Positions 1 through 10,583 of a stretch of DNA of 64,000 nucleotides are shown here, piece after piece; the first letter of the stretch is position 1, and each line of letters begins with the position of its first letter. Origin of the DNA: Candidatus Gottesmanbacteria bacterium (lineage in GTDB: Bacteria > Patescibacteriota > Microgenomatia > 2-02-FULL-39-11). A model generated the notes under the pieces. It was not told the DNA's origin and did no database searches. It saw only the letters and a list, made by a program, of their open reading frames with translations. The stretch spans positions 154,593 to 218,592 of the forward strand of contig JACPKY010000002.1 of NCBI GenBank assembly GCA_016186795.1. Direction: 5' to 3'. The position numbers and the translations under genes are program-made.

Positions 1-2070
1 GATGAAATTCTTCAGATGTATTTGAATGAAGCACCCTATGGAGGTACATATTGGGGGATTGAATCTGCTTCTCAGGGATATTTTGGAAAGCATACAAAGG
101 ATCTAACTCTTCTGGAATCAGTCGTTCTTGCTGGTCTTCCCCAGCGGCCATCAGTTTATTCTCCAATTTCTGGAAAACCGAATGCGTTTATTTCCAGGTC
201 AGAAGAAGTACTTCGCCGAATGCGAGAAGATGAATATATAACGCAAGCGGAAGAATTAGAATTGAAACGGCAGTTGCCGCAGCTGAAAATTGCATCTACT
301 TCATCAGTTGCCCGCGCATACCACTTTGTAGAGTATGTCAAAAAGCAGCTTATTGAACGGTTTGGGGAAAGTGCTGTAGAAAAAGGTGGTTTTCGTGTCA
401 GGACAACACTTGATGCTGCCCTCCAAGCGCAGGTTGAAACTATTGTGAAGGAAGAAATCGATAAATTGCAGGGTCTGAAGGTTTCAAACGGAGCAGCGAT
501 TGTTATTAGTCCTCAGACGGGAGAGATTCTTTCCTATGTTGGAAGCCGTGAATATGAATCAGAAGATGAAAATTTTCAAGGGAAATTTGATGTTGTGAGT
601 ATGGGACTTCGCCAGCCTGGAAGTGCATTAAAGCCTATTACGTATGCAGCTGCCTTTACGAAAGGATATACTCCTTCAACGCTCATCATGGATGTAGAGA
701 CACACTTCCCCGGAGGAGTTGGGTCTTCCGACTATATTCCGAAAAACTACGACAATAAATTTCGCGGACCAGTACAAGTCAGGTATGCTCTTTCCAATTC
801 CATCAATGTTCCAGCTGTAAAAATGACTGCACTTGTTGGCGTGAAAGATATTCTAGAACTTTCATATGCGATGGGTCTTTCAACGCTTTCTCCAAGTGAT
901 GATAATGTCAAGCGGTTTGGGCTTTCTTTGACGCTCGGAGGAGGTGAAGTGAAACTGATTGATCTTGCTTCCGCATATGGGGTTTTTGCAACAGGTGGGA
1001 TACGAAACGATTTGTACTCAATTCTTTCCGTGACCGATGGGTCAGGCAAAACACTTTACGAACATAAAAGTGTTTCGGGGAAACGTGTCATACCTTCTGA
1101 CGTCTCGTTTTTGATTTCTGATATTCTTTCCGATAACGAAGCCAGAAAAGATGTTTTTGGAACTCGGAGTTACTTATACATACCAGGAAGAACTGTTGCC
1201 GTAAAAACCGGAACGACCGATGATAAGAAAGATAACTGGACAGTTGGTTTTACTCCCGCAATTGTTGCAGCGGTCTGGGTGGGAAATAATGATAATACAC
1301 CTATGGATTCAAAACTTGCCTCTGGTGTAACTGGAGCCTCTCCAATTTGGAACAGGATCATGAAAGAAGCACTTCGGAAAGTGGATGACGAACCGTTTGA
1401 AAAACCAGGGAATGTTGAAAACGTGACTATTGATGCGTTTGGCGGAGGACTTCCGCATGAGGGAAAATCTACACGATCAGAATATTTTATTAAAGGAACA
1501 GAGCCGACCTCGATATCATCAGTGTATAAAAAGATTAAACTATCCAAATCTGATAACAACAAACTTGCGAATGCGGTAGAGATAGCGACTGGTTCTTTTG
1601 ATGAGAAAGAGTTTATTGTTTTTGCAGAAAGTGATCCCACGTCAGGAACTGATGGGAAAAATCGTTGGCAGGAGGGAATAGATGCTTGGGTGGAAAAGCA
1701 AGGAGATTCTCTTTATCACCCCCCGAAAGATACAGCTTCAACAGACGAGAATAATGTAGTGGTAAAAATTAAAAGCCCTGCCAATCAGACCCAAGTGGAT
1801 ACGAATGACTTTGAGATAATTGCCGAGGCCAAGGCACTTCGGGATATCAAAAAGATTGAGTTATATGATAATGGGAATCTCAAGAAATCATGGAACAATA
1901 ATTCAATCGTTGAGTCGTTTCATTTTGACACAGGAGTCCATACTATAAAGGTAAAAGCCTACGACGAGAAAGGAAATACCGGGGAGACTGAGATTACTAT
2001 TGGCGTAAAAACTTCACCTGTTGTGGCGACTTCAACTCCGGTTCCTCCCTCCCCTTCTGCCACACCGTGA
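1..2070 (+). CDS. Class A penicillin-binding protein (transglycosylase/transpeptidase) with C-terminal Ig-like domain; 5' end lies outside the window
   Basis: Transglycosylase motif YLNEAPYGG; transpeptidase SxxK (GSALKP), SxN (SIN) and KTG (KTGT); frame open from base 1. Confidence 0.93.
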   Translation, partial: DEILQMYLNEAPYGGTYWGIESASQGYFGKHTKDLTLLESVVLAGLPQRPSVYSPISGKPNAFISRSEEVLRRMREDEYITQAEELELKRQLPQLKIASTSSVARAYHFVEYVKKQLIERFGESAVEKGGFRVRTTLDAALQAQVETIVKEEIDKLQGLKVSNGAAIVISPQTGEILSYVGSREYESEDENFQGKFDVVSMGLRQPGSALKPITYAAAFTKGYTPSTLIMDVETHFPGGVGSSDYIPKNYDNKFRGPVQVRYALSNSINVPAVKMTALVGVKDILELSYAMGLSTLSPSDDNVKRFGLSLTLGGGEVKLIDLASAYGVFATGGIRNDLYSILSVTDGSGKTLYEHKSVSGKRVIPSDVSFLISDILSDNEARKDVFGTRSYLYIPGRTVAVKTGTTDDKKDNWTVGFTPAIVAAVWVGNNDNTPMDSKLASGVTGASPIWNRIMKEALRKVDDEPFEKPGNVENVTIDAFGGGLPHEGKSTRSEYFIKGTEPTSISSVYKKIKLSKSDNNKLANAVEIATGSFDEKEFIVFAESDPTSGTDGKNRWQEGIDAWVEKQGDSLYHPPKDTASTDENNVVVKIKSPANQTQVDTNDFEIIAEAKALRDIKKIELYDNGNLKKSWNNNSIVESFHFDTGVHTIKVKAYDEKGNTGETEITIGVKTSPVVATSTPVPPSPSATP

Positions 2071-2077
2071 TTCCTTC

Positions 2078-4105
2078 TTAGGATTTGAAATGCATTTGAT
2101 ACTTCGATTCAAGAAGTCTGATAATTTTATTTCGGATTGGAAGCACATCTTTACTTGATAGGTTTTTTGATTCATGTTGGTAGACGATTTGGAATGTTAA
2201 GGACTGTTCATTATACATATCAAGCAGTGTAACATCTTTAATGATCGCATCGATTGAGGATACATCCTTCAAAATGGAACCAAGTTCGAAAAGCAGATCT
2301 CCAGATTTTAGAACCGTAATATTTTCAACGATCGATGGGTACATGGGGATTGGATTGTAGGATTTGGTTGGGTGAGAGAGTTTGACAACAGTTTCGAAAT
2401 AAATTTCTGCTATTTGAAGCGATTCAGGAATAAGAAAGGATTGGGCAATATTTGGATGAATAGTTCCAAAAAATGCAATATTTTCTTTTGGATTTTTTGT
2501 CACAAATTGCCCTGATTGATGGGGGTGGAAAAATGGTTGCATTGAGCGAATTGAGACTTCCAGATCGGAAAGGCCAAGCTCCTCCAAAAGTGCACTCAAA
2601 ACGCCTTTGAAGGCACGAAAAGAAAGAGAAGAAATAAGAGTTAAGTAAAGCGATTCTGAAGGCAGTTGGGTTCCGTGCGTTCTCGTATATACATTCGCAA
2701 GTTCAAAAAGCGATACATTTTCTCTTGCATGCATATTTTTTCCATAAAGAGAGAAAAGTGACGGAAATACACTCCTGCGCATATATTCAGTGTCTTCGGT
2801 CAATGGGTTTGCAATCCGTAAGTGATCGGATATATTCAGTCCTGCCTTTTCAAGAAGTGTTTTCGAAATAAATGAATAGGAGTATGTTTCAGTAAAACCC
2901 AAAAATTTTAACATCGTTTTCGCTTTCTCCTCTAGATCAAAATTGACACTTTTTTGAGCTTCTGGGAGTGGAATTTTTCCCTCCATGAGTTTTCCGGGTA
3001 GATTATGATAGCCATATATTCTTGCAACCTCCTCAACAATATCTTCTGGTATGGTTACGTCAAATTGACGAAATGATGGTGGAATAACAGTGAGATTTTT
3101 TCCATTATTCACTTCCACATTGAAATGGAGTGATTGTAGGATTGCTATAATTTCCTTTAAAGAAACGGCTATTCCGAGTCGACTGGCAATAAACGATTCA
3201 GAAATGTTTATTGGGTGTGGCTTCGAAGGATGAGGATAGATATCGATAAGAGTGCTTGCCAGCTTCGCAGACGTTTCTTTGTCAAGAAGGGTAGCACCAT
3301 ATTCAAGTGCCACTTTTGCAAGTTCAGGATCAGGGCGTTTTTCATTAAGAGTCGCTGCATATGTTCGGAGTGATAGTCGCATTGAAGTTCTCCGGATATT
3401 GCTCGGATTATTTGATTCGATGAAGAAAATTACCCTCTTCGTTTTTTCTGTTACCACACTATTTTCAGTACCCATTATCCCGGGAAGATCAATAATTTGG
3501 CCAGTTCCATCATCAATGACGACGTCTACATCAGTGAGAGTGCAGACTTTCCCATCAAGGGTTGTTAGTGTTTCTCCATTTTTTGCAAAGCGAAGTATAA
3601 GCGTGTGTGTTTTAATGCGGTCGTAATCGAATACATGACATGGATGCCCCAGTTCTAGCATGATATAATTGGTGATATCAACGACATTATTCAGAGATCG
3701 AATTCCTGAATATTTGAGTCGCTGGGTAATTTTTTCTGAAGATTTGGAAACAACGATACCGTCTAAAACAACGGCAAGAAGTCTATCGCATAATTTCTGT
3801 GGGTCTTTTATCGAAAGAGGGAGTGAAACATTTTGGTTTTGCATAATACCTTTCGGCAATGGTCGCAAGATTGCTTTTTTCCCAAACCGCGGAAGAATAG
3901 CAGCTGCTTCGCGGGCAATTCCGTAGACACTTGCGCTGTCAACTCTATTTGAAGTGATTTCAATATCGTATACGAACTCATTCCCTTCTTTGGAAATTCG
4001 TTCAACTGACGGACCACACAATGAAAGGTAGTCTTTTATTTCTTGGGGTTTTGCATCAGTTTCAATATATTCTGTAAGCCATGAGTGAGGTATACGTATG
4101 TTCAT
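2078..4105 (-). CDS. pheT: Phenylalanine--tRNA ligase beta subunit (short form lacking the OB/B2 domain)
   Basis: DIEITSNRVD, NNVVDITNY, FRQFDVTIPEDIVEEVARIYGY, IANPL motifs; follows pheS. Confidence 0.97.
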   Translation of the reverse strand: MNIRIPHSWLTEYIETDAKPQEIKDYLSLCGPSVERISKEGNEFVYDIEITSNRVDSASVYGIAREAAAILPRFGKKAILRPLPKGIMQNQNVSLPLSIKDPQKLCDRLLAVVLDGIVVSKSSEKITQRLKYSGIRSLNNVVDITNYIMLELGHPCHVFDYDRIKTHTLILRFAKNGETLTTLDGKVCTLTDVDVVIDDGTGQIIDLPGIMGTENSVVTEKTKRVIFFIESNNPSNIRRTSMRLSLRTYAATLNEKRPDPELAKVALEYGATLLDKETSAKLASTLIDIYPHPSKPHPINISESFIASRLGIAVSLKEIIAILQSLHFNVEVNNGKNLTVIPPSFRQFDVTIPEDIVEEVARIYGYHNLPGKLMEGKIPLPEAQKSVNFDLEEKAKTMLKFLGFTETYSYSFISKTLLEKAGLNISDHLRIANPLTEDTEYMRRSVFPSLFSLYGKNMHARENVSLFELANVYTRTHGTQLPSESLYLTLISSLSFRAFKGVLSALLEELGLSDLEVSIRSMQPFFHPHQSGQFVTKNPKENIAFFGTIHPNIAQSFLIPESLQIAEIYFETVVKLSHPTKSYNPIPMYPSIVENITVLKSGDLLFELGSILKDVSSIDAIIKDVTLLDMYNEQSLTFQIVYQHESKNLSSKDVLPIRNKIIRLLESKYQMHFKS

Positions 4106-4111
4106 ACGAGA

Positions 4112-5143
4112 TTAAAACTGCTCCAGAAATCGAATATCGTTTGCGTAGAGAATCCGAAGGTCGTCAATTTGAATTCCAGCCTTCATCATATACGTTCTTT
4201 CAATTCCCCAACCGAATGCATATCCTGTATAAAGAGTAGGATCAATTTTGCCGGCTGCAAGAACGTTGGGGTGTACCATGCCGGAACCTCCCAGTTCAAG
4301 CCAGCCCTCTTTGCATAGCCTACAACCATTTCCTCCACACATATCACAGGTAATATCGACTTCAAACGAAGGTTCAGTAAATTGGAAATGAAATGGTCTC
4401 AAACGAATTTTTCTCTTGGGGCCGAAAAATTCTCGTGCGAAGTACTCAAAAGTTCCTTTGAGGTGAGTCACATTAATTCCTCGATCGATGACCAATCCTT
4501 CAAATTGATGAAACATTGGAGTGTGAGAGATGTCCCAGTTTGGGCGATAGCATTTTGCTATATTGATCATTCGTATTGGGGGAATTCCTCGCATTCGTTC
4601 CATTTCTCGTACTTGTCCAGAAGAGGTATGTGGAGAAAGAACAAGTCTCCCAAGCTTTCCAAATGGTGGAGCATCTATAAAAAATGTTTCAAAATCATCT
4701 CTTGCAGGATGATTTACAGGCATATTTAAACTTTCGAAGGCATACCATTCTCTATCAATTTCAGGGTATCTCACACGGGTAAAACCAATACGTTCAAAAA
4801 TTTTTGCTATTTCAGAAATTGCGAGGGTAGTGATATGGAGATGTCCCAGGGGTGGAGTGATAGCTGGAATGGTAACATCAATTTTATTTTTTATCGATGT
4901 TTCCATAAGTTCTTTTTTTCGTTTATCAAAAGAATCATCAATTGTCTGTTTTACTTTATTTACGAGTAATCCAATCGTTTTCTTTTTATCTTTGGGAATT
5001 TCTTGAATGCGCTTTGCAGTTTGAGCAAATCTACCACTTTTTCCAAAAACGGAAAGATAAAGAGCTGTAAGCTCTTGTGAAGTTTTTACAGCTTTAAGTT
5101 TCTTGTGTGTGTCTTCTTGAATATTTAGTAAATCCTTTTCCAT
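4112..5143 (-). CDS. pheS: Phenylalanine--tRNA ligase alpha subunit
   Basis: HPARD, HTS, FHQFEG, FQFTEPS, GSGMVHP, GYAFGWGIER; start placed at ATG 5143, 6 nt after TGcTATAAT. Confidence 0.97.
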   Translation of the reverse strand: MEKDLLNIQEDTHKKLKAVKTSQELTALYLSVFGKSGRFAQTAKRIQEIPKDKKKTIGLLVNKVKQTIDDSFDKRKKELMETSIKNKIDVTIPAITPPLGHLHITTLAISEIAKIFERIGFTRVRYPEIDREWYAFESLNMPVNHPARDDFETFFIDAPPFGKLGRLVLSPHTSSGQVREMERMRGIPPIRMINIAKCYRPNWDISHTPMFHQFEGLVIDRGINVTHLKGTFEYFAREFFGPKRKIRLRPFHFQFTEPSFEVDITCDMCGGNGCRLCKEGWLELGGSGMVHPNVLAAGKIDPTLYTGYAFGWGIERTYMMKAGIQIDDLRILYANDIRFLEQF

Positions 5144-5168
5144 AGATAAATTATAGCAACTATCATTA

Positions 5169-6446
5169 TTATAATAGGTATCGTTTATTTTTCCTCCACC
5201 ACTTTTCAATTCTATCGAACGCCTCCTGAATTATTTCCCCTTTTCCGCCAAAGGAAAGCCGCAGATGGTGTTCGCCCTCTGGACCAAATCCTATTCCAGG
5301 AACCGTTACTACTCCAGCCTCATAAAGGAGGTGTTTTGCCATTTCAATGGAAGAGATAGGAAGATGGTATCTTGGAAAGATATAATAGGTTCCTCGTGGT
5401 TTTACATACGAAAAAAGATCAGTAAGTTTATCGAGTCTGCTACAGATTAGATCACGATTTTCACGTAACCAACGGACATGCTTTTTTACGATATCTTGTG
5501 AGCCGCTTAAAGCGACAGTTGCGGCTACTTGGGATACATGAGGTGCACAGACAATAGTTGCATCGTGAATTTTAAGAATATGCATAAGAAGTTCTTTTGT
5601 GGTATGAAGGTACCCGAGTCTCCACCCCATCATGCCGTATTTTTTGGAAAGTGAACAACAGCGGATAACCCGGGGCCAAAGTCGTTTTATAGTGGCAATG
5701 TTGAAATAAACCGTATTGTCATACAGGAGATAGTCGTAAACTTCATCGGTAATGATATAGATATTCGTGTCAAAGAGAACATCGGCAAGTTTTTCTAAAT
5801 CTTTCTTCAAAAATACAGCACCTGTTGGATTTTGCGGGTTATTTAAAACAATTGCTTTTGTTCTTTTTGTGATTACTCGTGCAATTTTGTCAACATCAAG
5901 TCGATATCCATACTTTTTGTCCTCAATCAAAGGTATCGGAACAACAATTCCTTGTGCAAGAGACACTTGTTCAGCGTTAGAAGAAAAGTAAGGGCTGGGA
6001 AGGATTACTTCCTCCCCCGGGTTGACGATTGTCAGGATTGAATAGAGAAGTCCTGCCATGCTTCCTGGAGTTATAAGTATTTCTTCCTGTGAGACCGGGA
6101 AGTCAAGGAGTTGAGTGGATATTTTTGCAATTATTTGTCGCAAGGAAGGAAGCCCTATAAGAAGAGTGTATTTATCAATATCCGAGTTCTGGTCAAGTTG
6201 TTGTTTTACGTATTCGTGAATGAATTTTGGTGCAGGATAAAACGGAATCCCTACACCAAGTGAAACAACTGACTTTCCTTTTTGAGCTTCCTTCGCTCCA
6301 AGATACATCATTTCCTTAATAACAGAGACACTCGTGTTTCTGACTCGATCAGAAAGAACCGGAAGGTCTTTCGAGTCTCCGGTTGATGTGAGAACTGACC
6401 TTGAAATTCCGGAAGCAGTTTGACTGTCAGCACTTATCGTGTCCAT
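5169..6446 (-). CDS. PLP-dependent class I/II aminotransferase, probable aromatic amino acid aminotransferase
   Basis: NNPQNPTG, DEVY, SLSKKYGMMGWRLG motifs; last gene of the aro operon. Confidence 0.9.
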   Translation of the reverse strand: MDTISADSQTASGISRSVLTSTGDSKDLPVLSDRVRNTSVSVIKEMMYLGAKEAQKGKSVVSLGVGIPFYPAPKFIHEYVKQQLDQNSDIDKYTLLIGLPSLRQIIAKISTQLLDFPVSQEEILITPGSMAGLLYSILTIVNPGEEVILPSPYFSSNAEQVSLAQGIVVPIPLIEDKKYGYRLDVDKIARVITKRTKAIVLNNPQNPTGAVFLKKDLEKLADVLFDTNIYIITDEVYDYLLYDNTVYFNIATIKRLWPRVIRCCSLSKKYGMMGWRLGYLHTTKELLMHILKIHDATIVCAPHVSQVAATVALSGSQDIVKKHVRWLRENRDLICSRLDKLTDLFSYVKPRGTYYIFPRYHLPISSIEMAKHLLYEAGVVTVPGIGFGPEGEHHLRLSFGGKGEIIQEAFDRIEKWWRKNKRYLL

Positions 6447-6464
6447 AAGAAATGAAGCAGTGCA

Positions 6465-7598
6465 TCATTGTACCAGTTGTCTTTTGAAGCCTTCGAAGTT
6501 TCGCTTTGTCTCGTTTAAGCAGTCTCCTCCGAATTTTTCCAAGAAGCTCTCCATAAGGATAAATGCAACCATAGACTCGGATATGACTCCAGCCCTTGGC
6601 ACAACGCAAATATCAGATCGTTCAATTGCAGCAGGTACTTCTTTTCTCGTTTCAATATCAATAGTTCGAAGAGGGTTTCCTAATGTTGAGATGGGTTTAT
6701 GGTACACACGGCAGATAATATCTTCTCCATTGGAAACTCCTCCTTCGATTCCACCTGCACGATTCGTCTTGCGCACAAAGTGTTCTTTTTCAAAAAATAT
6801 TTCATCATGGACCAGAGAGCCGAATTTCCCGGCATTTGAAATACCCTCGCCAATTTCTACCGCCTTTACCGATGGGATACTCATAAGCGCTGCGGAAATC
6901 CGTCCGTCAAGTTTCCGGTCGTAGTGTACGAAACTTCCAAGTCCGGGAGGAACATTGTGAGCAATAATTTCTATGATTCCACCAAGCGTGTCTTTCCTTT
7001 TTGTCGCGAGAAGTATTTCTTCTTGCATTTTTTTTCGTGCCACTTCGTCAATACATCTGGTTTGCGGATCGATAGTAAAAACTTGAGCGATAGTCTCAAA
7101 TGGGAAATTTCCTCGTTCTACTTTTGCCATTCCAATTTGAATTGTATGGCTGGCAACGATGACTTTGAAGTTTGAAAGAAATACTTTTGCGATAGCGCCA
7201 ACCGCTACTCGCATCACCGTTTCCCTTGCACTTGCCCGTTCCAGAACGTTCCGTACGTCCCGAAAACCATATTTCAATGCGCCGGCAAGATCTGCATGTC
7301 CAGGACGAGGAGCAGTAACTTTCGATTTGCTCATTTTTCCCTTCCAATTGGAAAAGTCTCGATTCTCAACAAAAAGAGCTATGGGACTCCCAATAGTTTT
7401 ACCAAACCGCACGCCAGAAAGAATTTGCACCTCATCGGTTTCAATAGCTCCTCGTCCACCTCGGCCTGATCCTCCTTTGCGTTTCGCAAGTTCTTCCTGA
7501 ATGTCTTTGGGTGATAGTTCCATTCCGGAAGGAACGCCTTCGACAATTGCAACCTCTCCCCTTCCGTGTGATTCACCAGCTGTTAAAAATCTAATCAT
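6465..7598 (-). CDS. aroC: Chorismate synthase
   Basis: TAGESHG, PRPGHAD, RASARET, GGIEGGVSNG, RSD; ATG at 7598. Confidence 0.97.
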   Translation of the reverse strand: MIRFLTAGESHGRGEVAIVEGVPSGMELSPKDIQEELAKRKGGSGRGGRGAIETDEVQILSGVRFGKTIGSPIALFVENRDFSNWKGKMSKSKVTAPRPGHADLAGALKYGFRDVRNVLERASARETVMRVAVGAIAKVFLSNFKVIVASHTIQIGMAKVERGNFPFETIAQVFTIDPQTRCIDEVARKKMQEEILLATKRKDTLGGIIEIIAHNVPPGLGSFVHYDRKLDGRISAALMSIPSVKAVEIGEGISNAGKFGSLVHDEIFFEKEHFVRKTNRAGGIEGGVSNGEDIICRVYHKPISTLGNPLRTIDIETRKEVPAAIERSDICVVPRAGVISESMVAFILMESFLEKFGGDCLNETKRNFEGFKRQLVQ

Positions 7599-8403
7599 AA
7601 TTTCGAAGACTTTTCTCCATTGCAACTACCGGTGCTTTTCTTCCAGTAAATGCTTCAAAAGAAGCTGCACCTCCATATAATAACATTTTATAACCAAAAA
7701 TCGGTGTCGCGCCTTTTTCTTTTGCCATTTTCAGAAGCTTTGTTTCGGATGGTGTATAGACAATGTCGAAAATAATGTGGTGTGGAAAAATGGCGCTTGC
7801 AGGTATAGGAGAAAGATCCACACGTGGTGTCATACCGATAGCAGTAGCATTAATGATAATATCAAAAGTGGAAAAGTCCATACGATTGTTTAACTCGTAT
7901 GCCTTCTGAAGCGAAAATTCTTTCACCAGTTTTTGTGCTCCTTTTATTGTTCGATTCCAGATAGATACGTCTGCACCATTTTTTTTCAGACCATAGATAA
8001 TTGCCCGGGCAGCTCCACCTGCTCCGATCACTGCAATTTTTTTATTCCTAAGTGTTGTTTTCTCGCGAAGCGCACGAACTGCCCCAATCCAATCGGAATT
8101 ACTCGCAATAAGTTTGCCATTTTTATTGATAATGATATTTGCTGCTCCGATTTCTCTCGCTTGTGAATCTATCCTATCAACATACTTTAGTACAGACACT
8201 TTATGAGGAATGGTAACGTTTATGCCCACAATTTGCAGTGCACGAATCCCCTCGAGTGCTTTTTGTACATCCGTTACTCGACATGCCACATATGCAAAGT
8301 TTAGCTTTAAGCATTGAAAGCCATGATTGAACATCTGTGGGGAGAGCGAGTGGTCCACAGGATTACCAATAAGACAGCAGAGTTTTGTTTTTGCATCACT
8401 CAT
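7591..8403 (-). CDS. aroE: Shikimate dehydrogenase
   Basis: GNPVDHSLSP, NVTIPHK, GAGGAARA, INAT, FDIVYTP. Confidence 0.96.
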   Translation of the reverse strand: MSDAKTKLCCLIGNPVDHSLSPQMFNHGFQCLKLNFAYVACRVTDVQKALEGIRALQIVGINVTIPHKVSVLKYVDRIDSQAREIGAANIIINKNGKLIASNSDWIGAVRALREKTTLRNKKIAVIGAGGAARAIIYGLKKNGADVSIWNRTIKGAQKLVKEFSLQKAYELNNRMDFSTFDIIINATAIGMTPRVDLSPIPASAIFPHHIIFDIVYTPSETKLLKMAKEKGATPIFGYKMLLYGGAASFEAFTGRKAPVVAMEKSLRNYD

Positions 8404-8911
8404 TGTATTTTTCAATCCTTTCAATTATTTCGCTCGCGACGGTATTTGGAGTTTTTCCTGACACACTAATCACATAATGTGCAATCTTTCGATACAAATG
8501 CAAACGATGAGAGAGCGTTTTTTTAATATCCTCTTCTCTGGTTTTGGCTACGGTCAAAAATGGTCGGGTTCGATCATTTCCGATTCGCTGGATAAGGAGT
8601 GTTACTGGTGCGTGGAGAAAAAAAATCATCCCCAGATTTTTCAATATTTCCACATTCTTTTTTTTCAAAATCACTCCCCCACCAGTTGAAATAACACACT
8701 CTTTTCTATTTTTAAGTGATTGTATGACAGTAGTTTCAATCTTCCTAAATGATTTCCATCTTTCCTTTGTTACAAATTCAGCAATCGTACTCCCTACGAG
8801 ATTTTCAATTTTCGAATCGGTCTCAAGAAACGTAAACCGCAGTTTTTGGGAAAGCAATCTTCCAACTGTCGTCTTTCCGGATCCCCGCATGCCGATAAGA
8901 ATGATATTCAT
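8396..8911 (-). CDS. aroK: Shikimate kinase
   Basis: Walker A GMRGSGKT, STGGG, lid RP motif. Confidence 0.96.
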   Translation of the reverse strand: MNIILIGMRGSGKTTVGRLLSQKLRFTFLETDSKIENLVGSTIAEFVTKERWKSFRKIETTVIQSLKNRKECVISTGGGVILKKKNVEILKNLGMIFFLHAPVTLLIQRIGNDRTRPFLTVAKTREEDIKKTLSHRLHLYRKIAHYVISVSGKTPNTVASEIIERIEKYNE

Positions 8912-10140
8912 AGAAATTCAATGTTTACCCCAATGTTTTTAAGATCGTCCCAAAAATTTGGGTAAGATTTTTTTACGACTTGGGCATTTGGTATGGTCGT
9001 TTCACCGGAAGCTGAAAGAGCCGCAACCGCAAAACTCATGGCAATTCTATGATCATGAAAGGTATCGATTATTGACCCCTTTGGTTGACCACCTATAATA
9101 GTTAGAGAATTTTCCGTTTGCGAAACTCGTATACCCATCCTTCTCAAATTTTCTTGTATCGATTTCATCCGATCTGATTCTTTAAATTTTAGATGAGCGA
9201 TATTATGGATGGTAGTTGTGCCTTTCGCAAATGCAGAAAGTACTGAAACAATAGGAACTAAATCCGGATTATTTCCGAGATCAATATGTATTCCATGCAA
9301 TTTATCTTTCCCCATTTTTTGTAAGATCTCAATAAAAACCCGGTCGCCTTGGACTGAATTTGCATTTAAATTCGTCACCGTAACATCAGATTTTGTTAAC
9401 GCCTTGACTGCAAGAAAATACGACGCAGATGAATAGTCCCCTTCTACAGTGTATTTATGGGCTTTGTAATGGGAAGTAGATTTTACAAAATAAGTATTTC
9501 CCTTTTTTTCAACATCCACGCCAAACAGCCGCATGAGATCAATCGTCATATCAACGTATGGAGAGGAAGAAAGGTGTGCTACGTTCAGTTCCACGTCATT
9601 TTGGGCAAATGGACTAATGAGAAGAAGTGCACTTATATATTGGGAACTTTTTGAACCAGAAATTTTGAGTTTTCCACCTCTTATTCCCCCCCCACTGATC
9701 GTTAGATGCGATTTGTTCGCAATGTGAACTCCAAGAATGTGTAATTTTTCGATTAATTCTTCCATAGGACGCTCCCGTAATCTCTTCGATCCACTGAGAA
9801 ATATTTTTGAGGGATGAAGGGAGGATACTGCTGTTATAAACCGCATTGTCGTTCCTGAATCTCCGCAATCGATATGAATTGGCGATTTTTTTGGTATGAA
9901 TCGGCCACTGGTACCGACAATTGCAAGCGTATCTCCATGCGACTGAGTTGCTACACCGAGCTTTTGGCAGGCCTTTAACGTACAGAGGGTATCATCCGAG
10001 CGTAATGGATTGATAATTTCTGACCGGCCTTTTGCAAGAGAAGCCAAAATAATAGCCCGATGGGTTAAACTTTTGGATGGTGGAATAGACACTATCCCAC
10101 GGAGGTCTCCTCTGTTTGACGGTTTGATAATAACTTTCAT
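8908..10140 (-). CDS. aroA: EPSP synthase
   Basis: PPSKSLTHR, GDSGTTMRF, SSQYISALL, KESDR, DHRIAMS, KSYPNF. Confidence 0.97.
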   Translation of the reverse strand: MKVIIKPSNRGDLRGIVSIPPSKSLTHRAIILASLAKGRSEIINPLRSDDTLCTLKACQKLGVATQSHGDTLAIVGTSGRFIPKKSPIHIDCGDSGTTMRFITAVSSLHPSKIFLSGSKRLRERPMEELIEKLHILGVHIANKSHLTISGGGIRGGKLKISGSKSSQYISALLLISPFAQNDVELNVAHLSSSPYVDMTIDLMRLFGVDVEKKGNTYFVKSTSHYKAHKYTVEGDYSSASYFLAVKALTKSDVTVTNLNANSVQGDRVFIEILQKMGKDKLHGIHIDLGNNPDLVPIVSVLSAFAKGTTTIHNIAHLKFKESDRMKSIQENLRRMGIRVSQTENSLTIIGGQPKGSIIDTFHDHRIAMSFAVAALSASGETTIPNAQVVKKSYPNFWDDLKNIGVNIEFL

Positions 10141-10583
10141 AGAGATCTCTTTCTTCTGATATAGTTGATAAGATTTTCAAGTCCGACGATATAGCTTTTT
10201 TCTTTTAATCCGACAATCTTCTCTATAACAATTCCGTCAAGAACGTCAATTTCCCGAAACGGCTCTCTTTTGGAAATATCCGAAAGATGCACCTCGACAG
10301 TTGGAAGATTGGTATCTTCCAATGCATCCCGGAGTGAATAACTGTAATGAGTTAGGGCACCAGGGTTTATCAAAATTCCTGACGCTTTTTGTGCATTCTT
10401 TTGGAGAAAATTAATAAGTTCTCCTTCGTGGTTTGATTGAAATACCAGAAGGGAAACCAAGTTTTTCTTTGCCGTTTGGGAAAGCATTCCATTGATATCG
10501 TCAAGTGAACATGCCCCATAATGCTTTTTATTTCTTTTGCCAAGCATATTCAAGTTTGGTCCATGAATGACAAGAATTCTCAT
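10137..10583 (-). CDS. aroQ: Type II 3-dehydroquinate dehydratase
   Basis: HGPNLNMLGKR, QSNHEG, INPGALTHYS, EVHLS. Confidence 0.97.
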   Translation of the reverse strand: MRILVIHGPNLNMLGKRNKKHYGACSLDDINGMLSQTAKKNLVSLLVFQSNHEGELINFLQKNAQKASGILINPGALTHYSYSLRDALEDTNLPTVEVHLSDISKREPFREIDVLDGIVIEKIVGLKEKSYIVGLENLINYIRRKRSL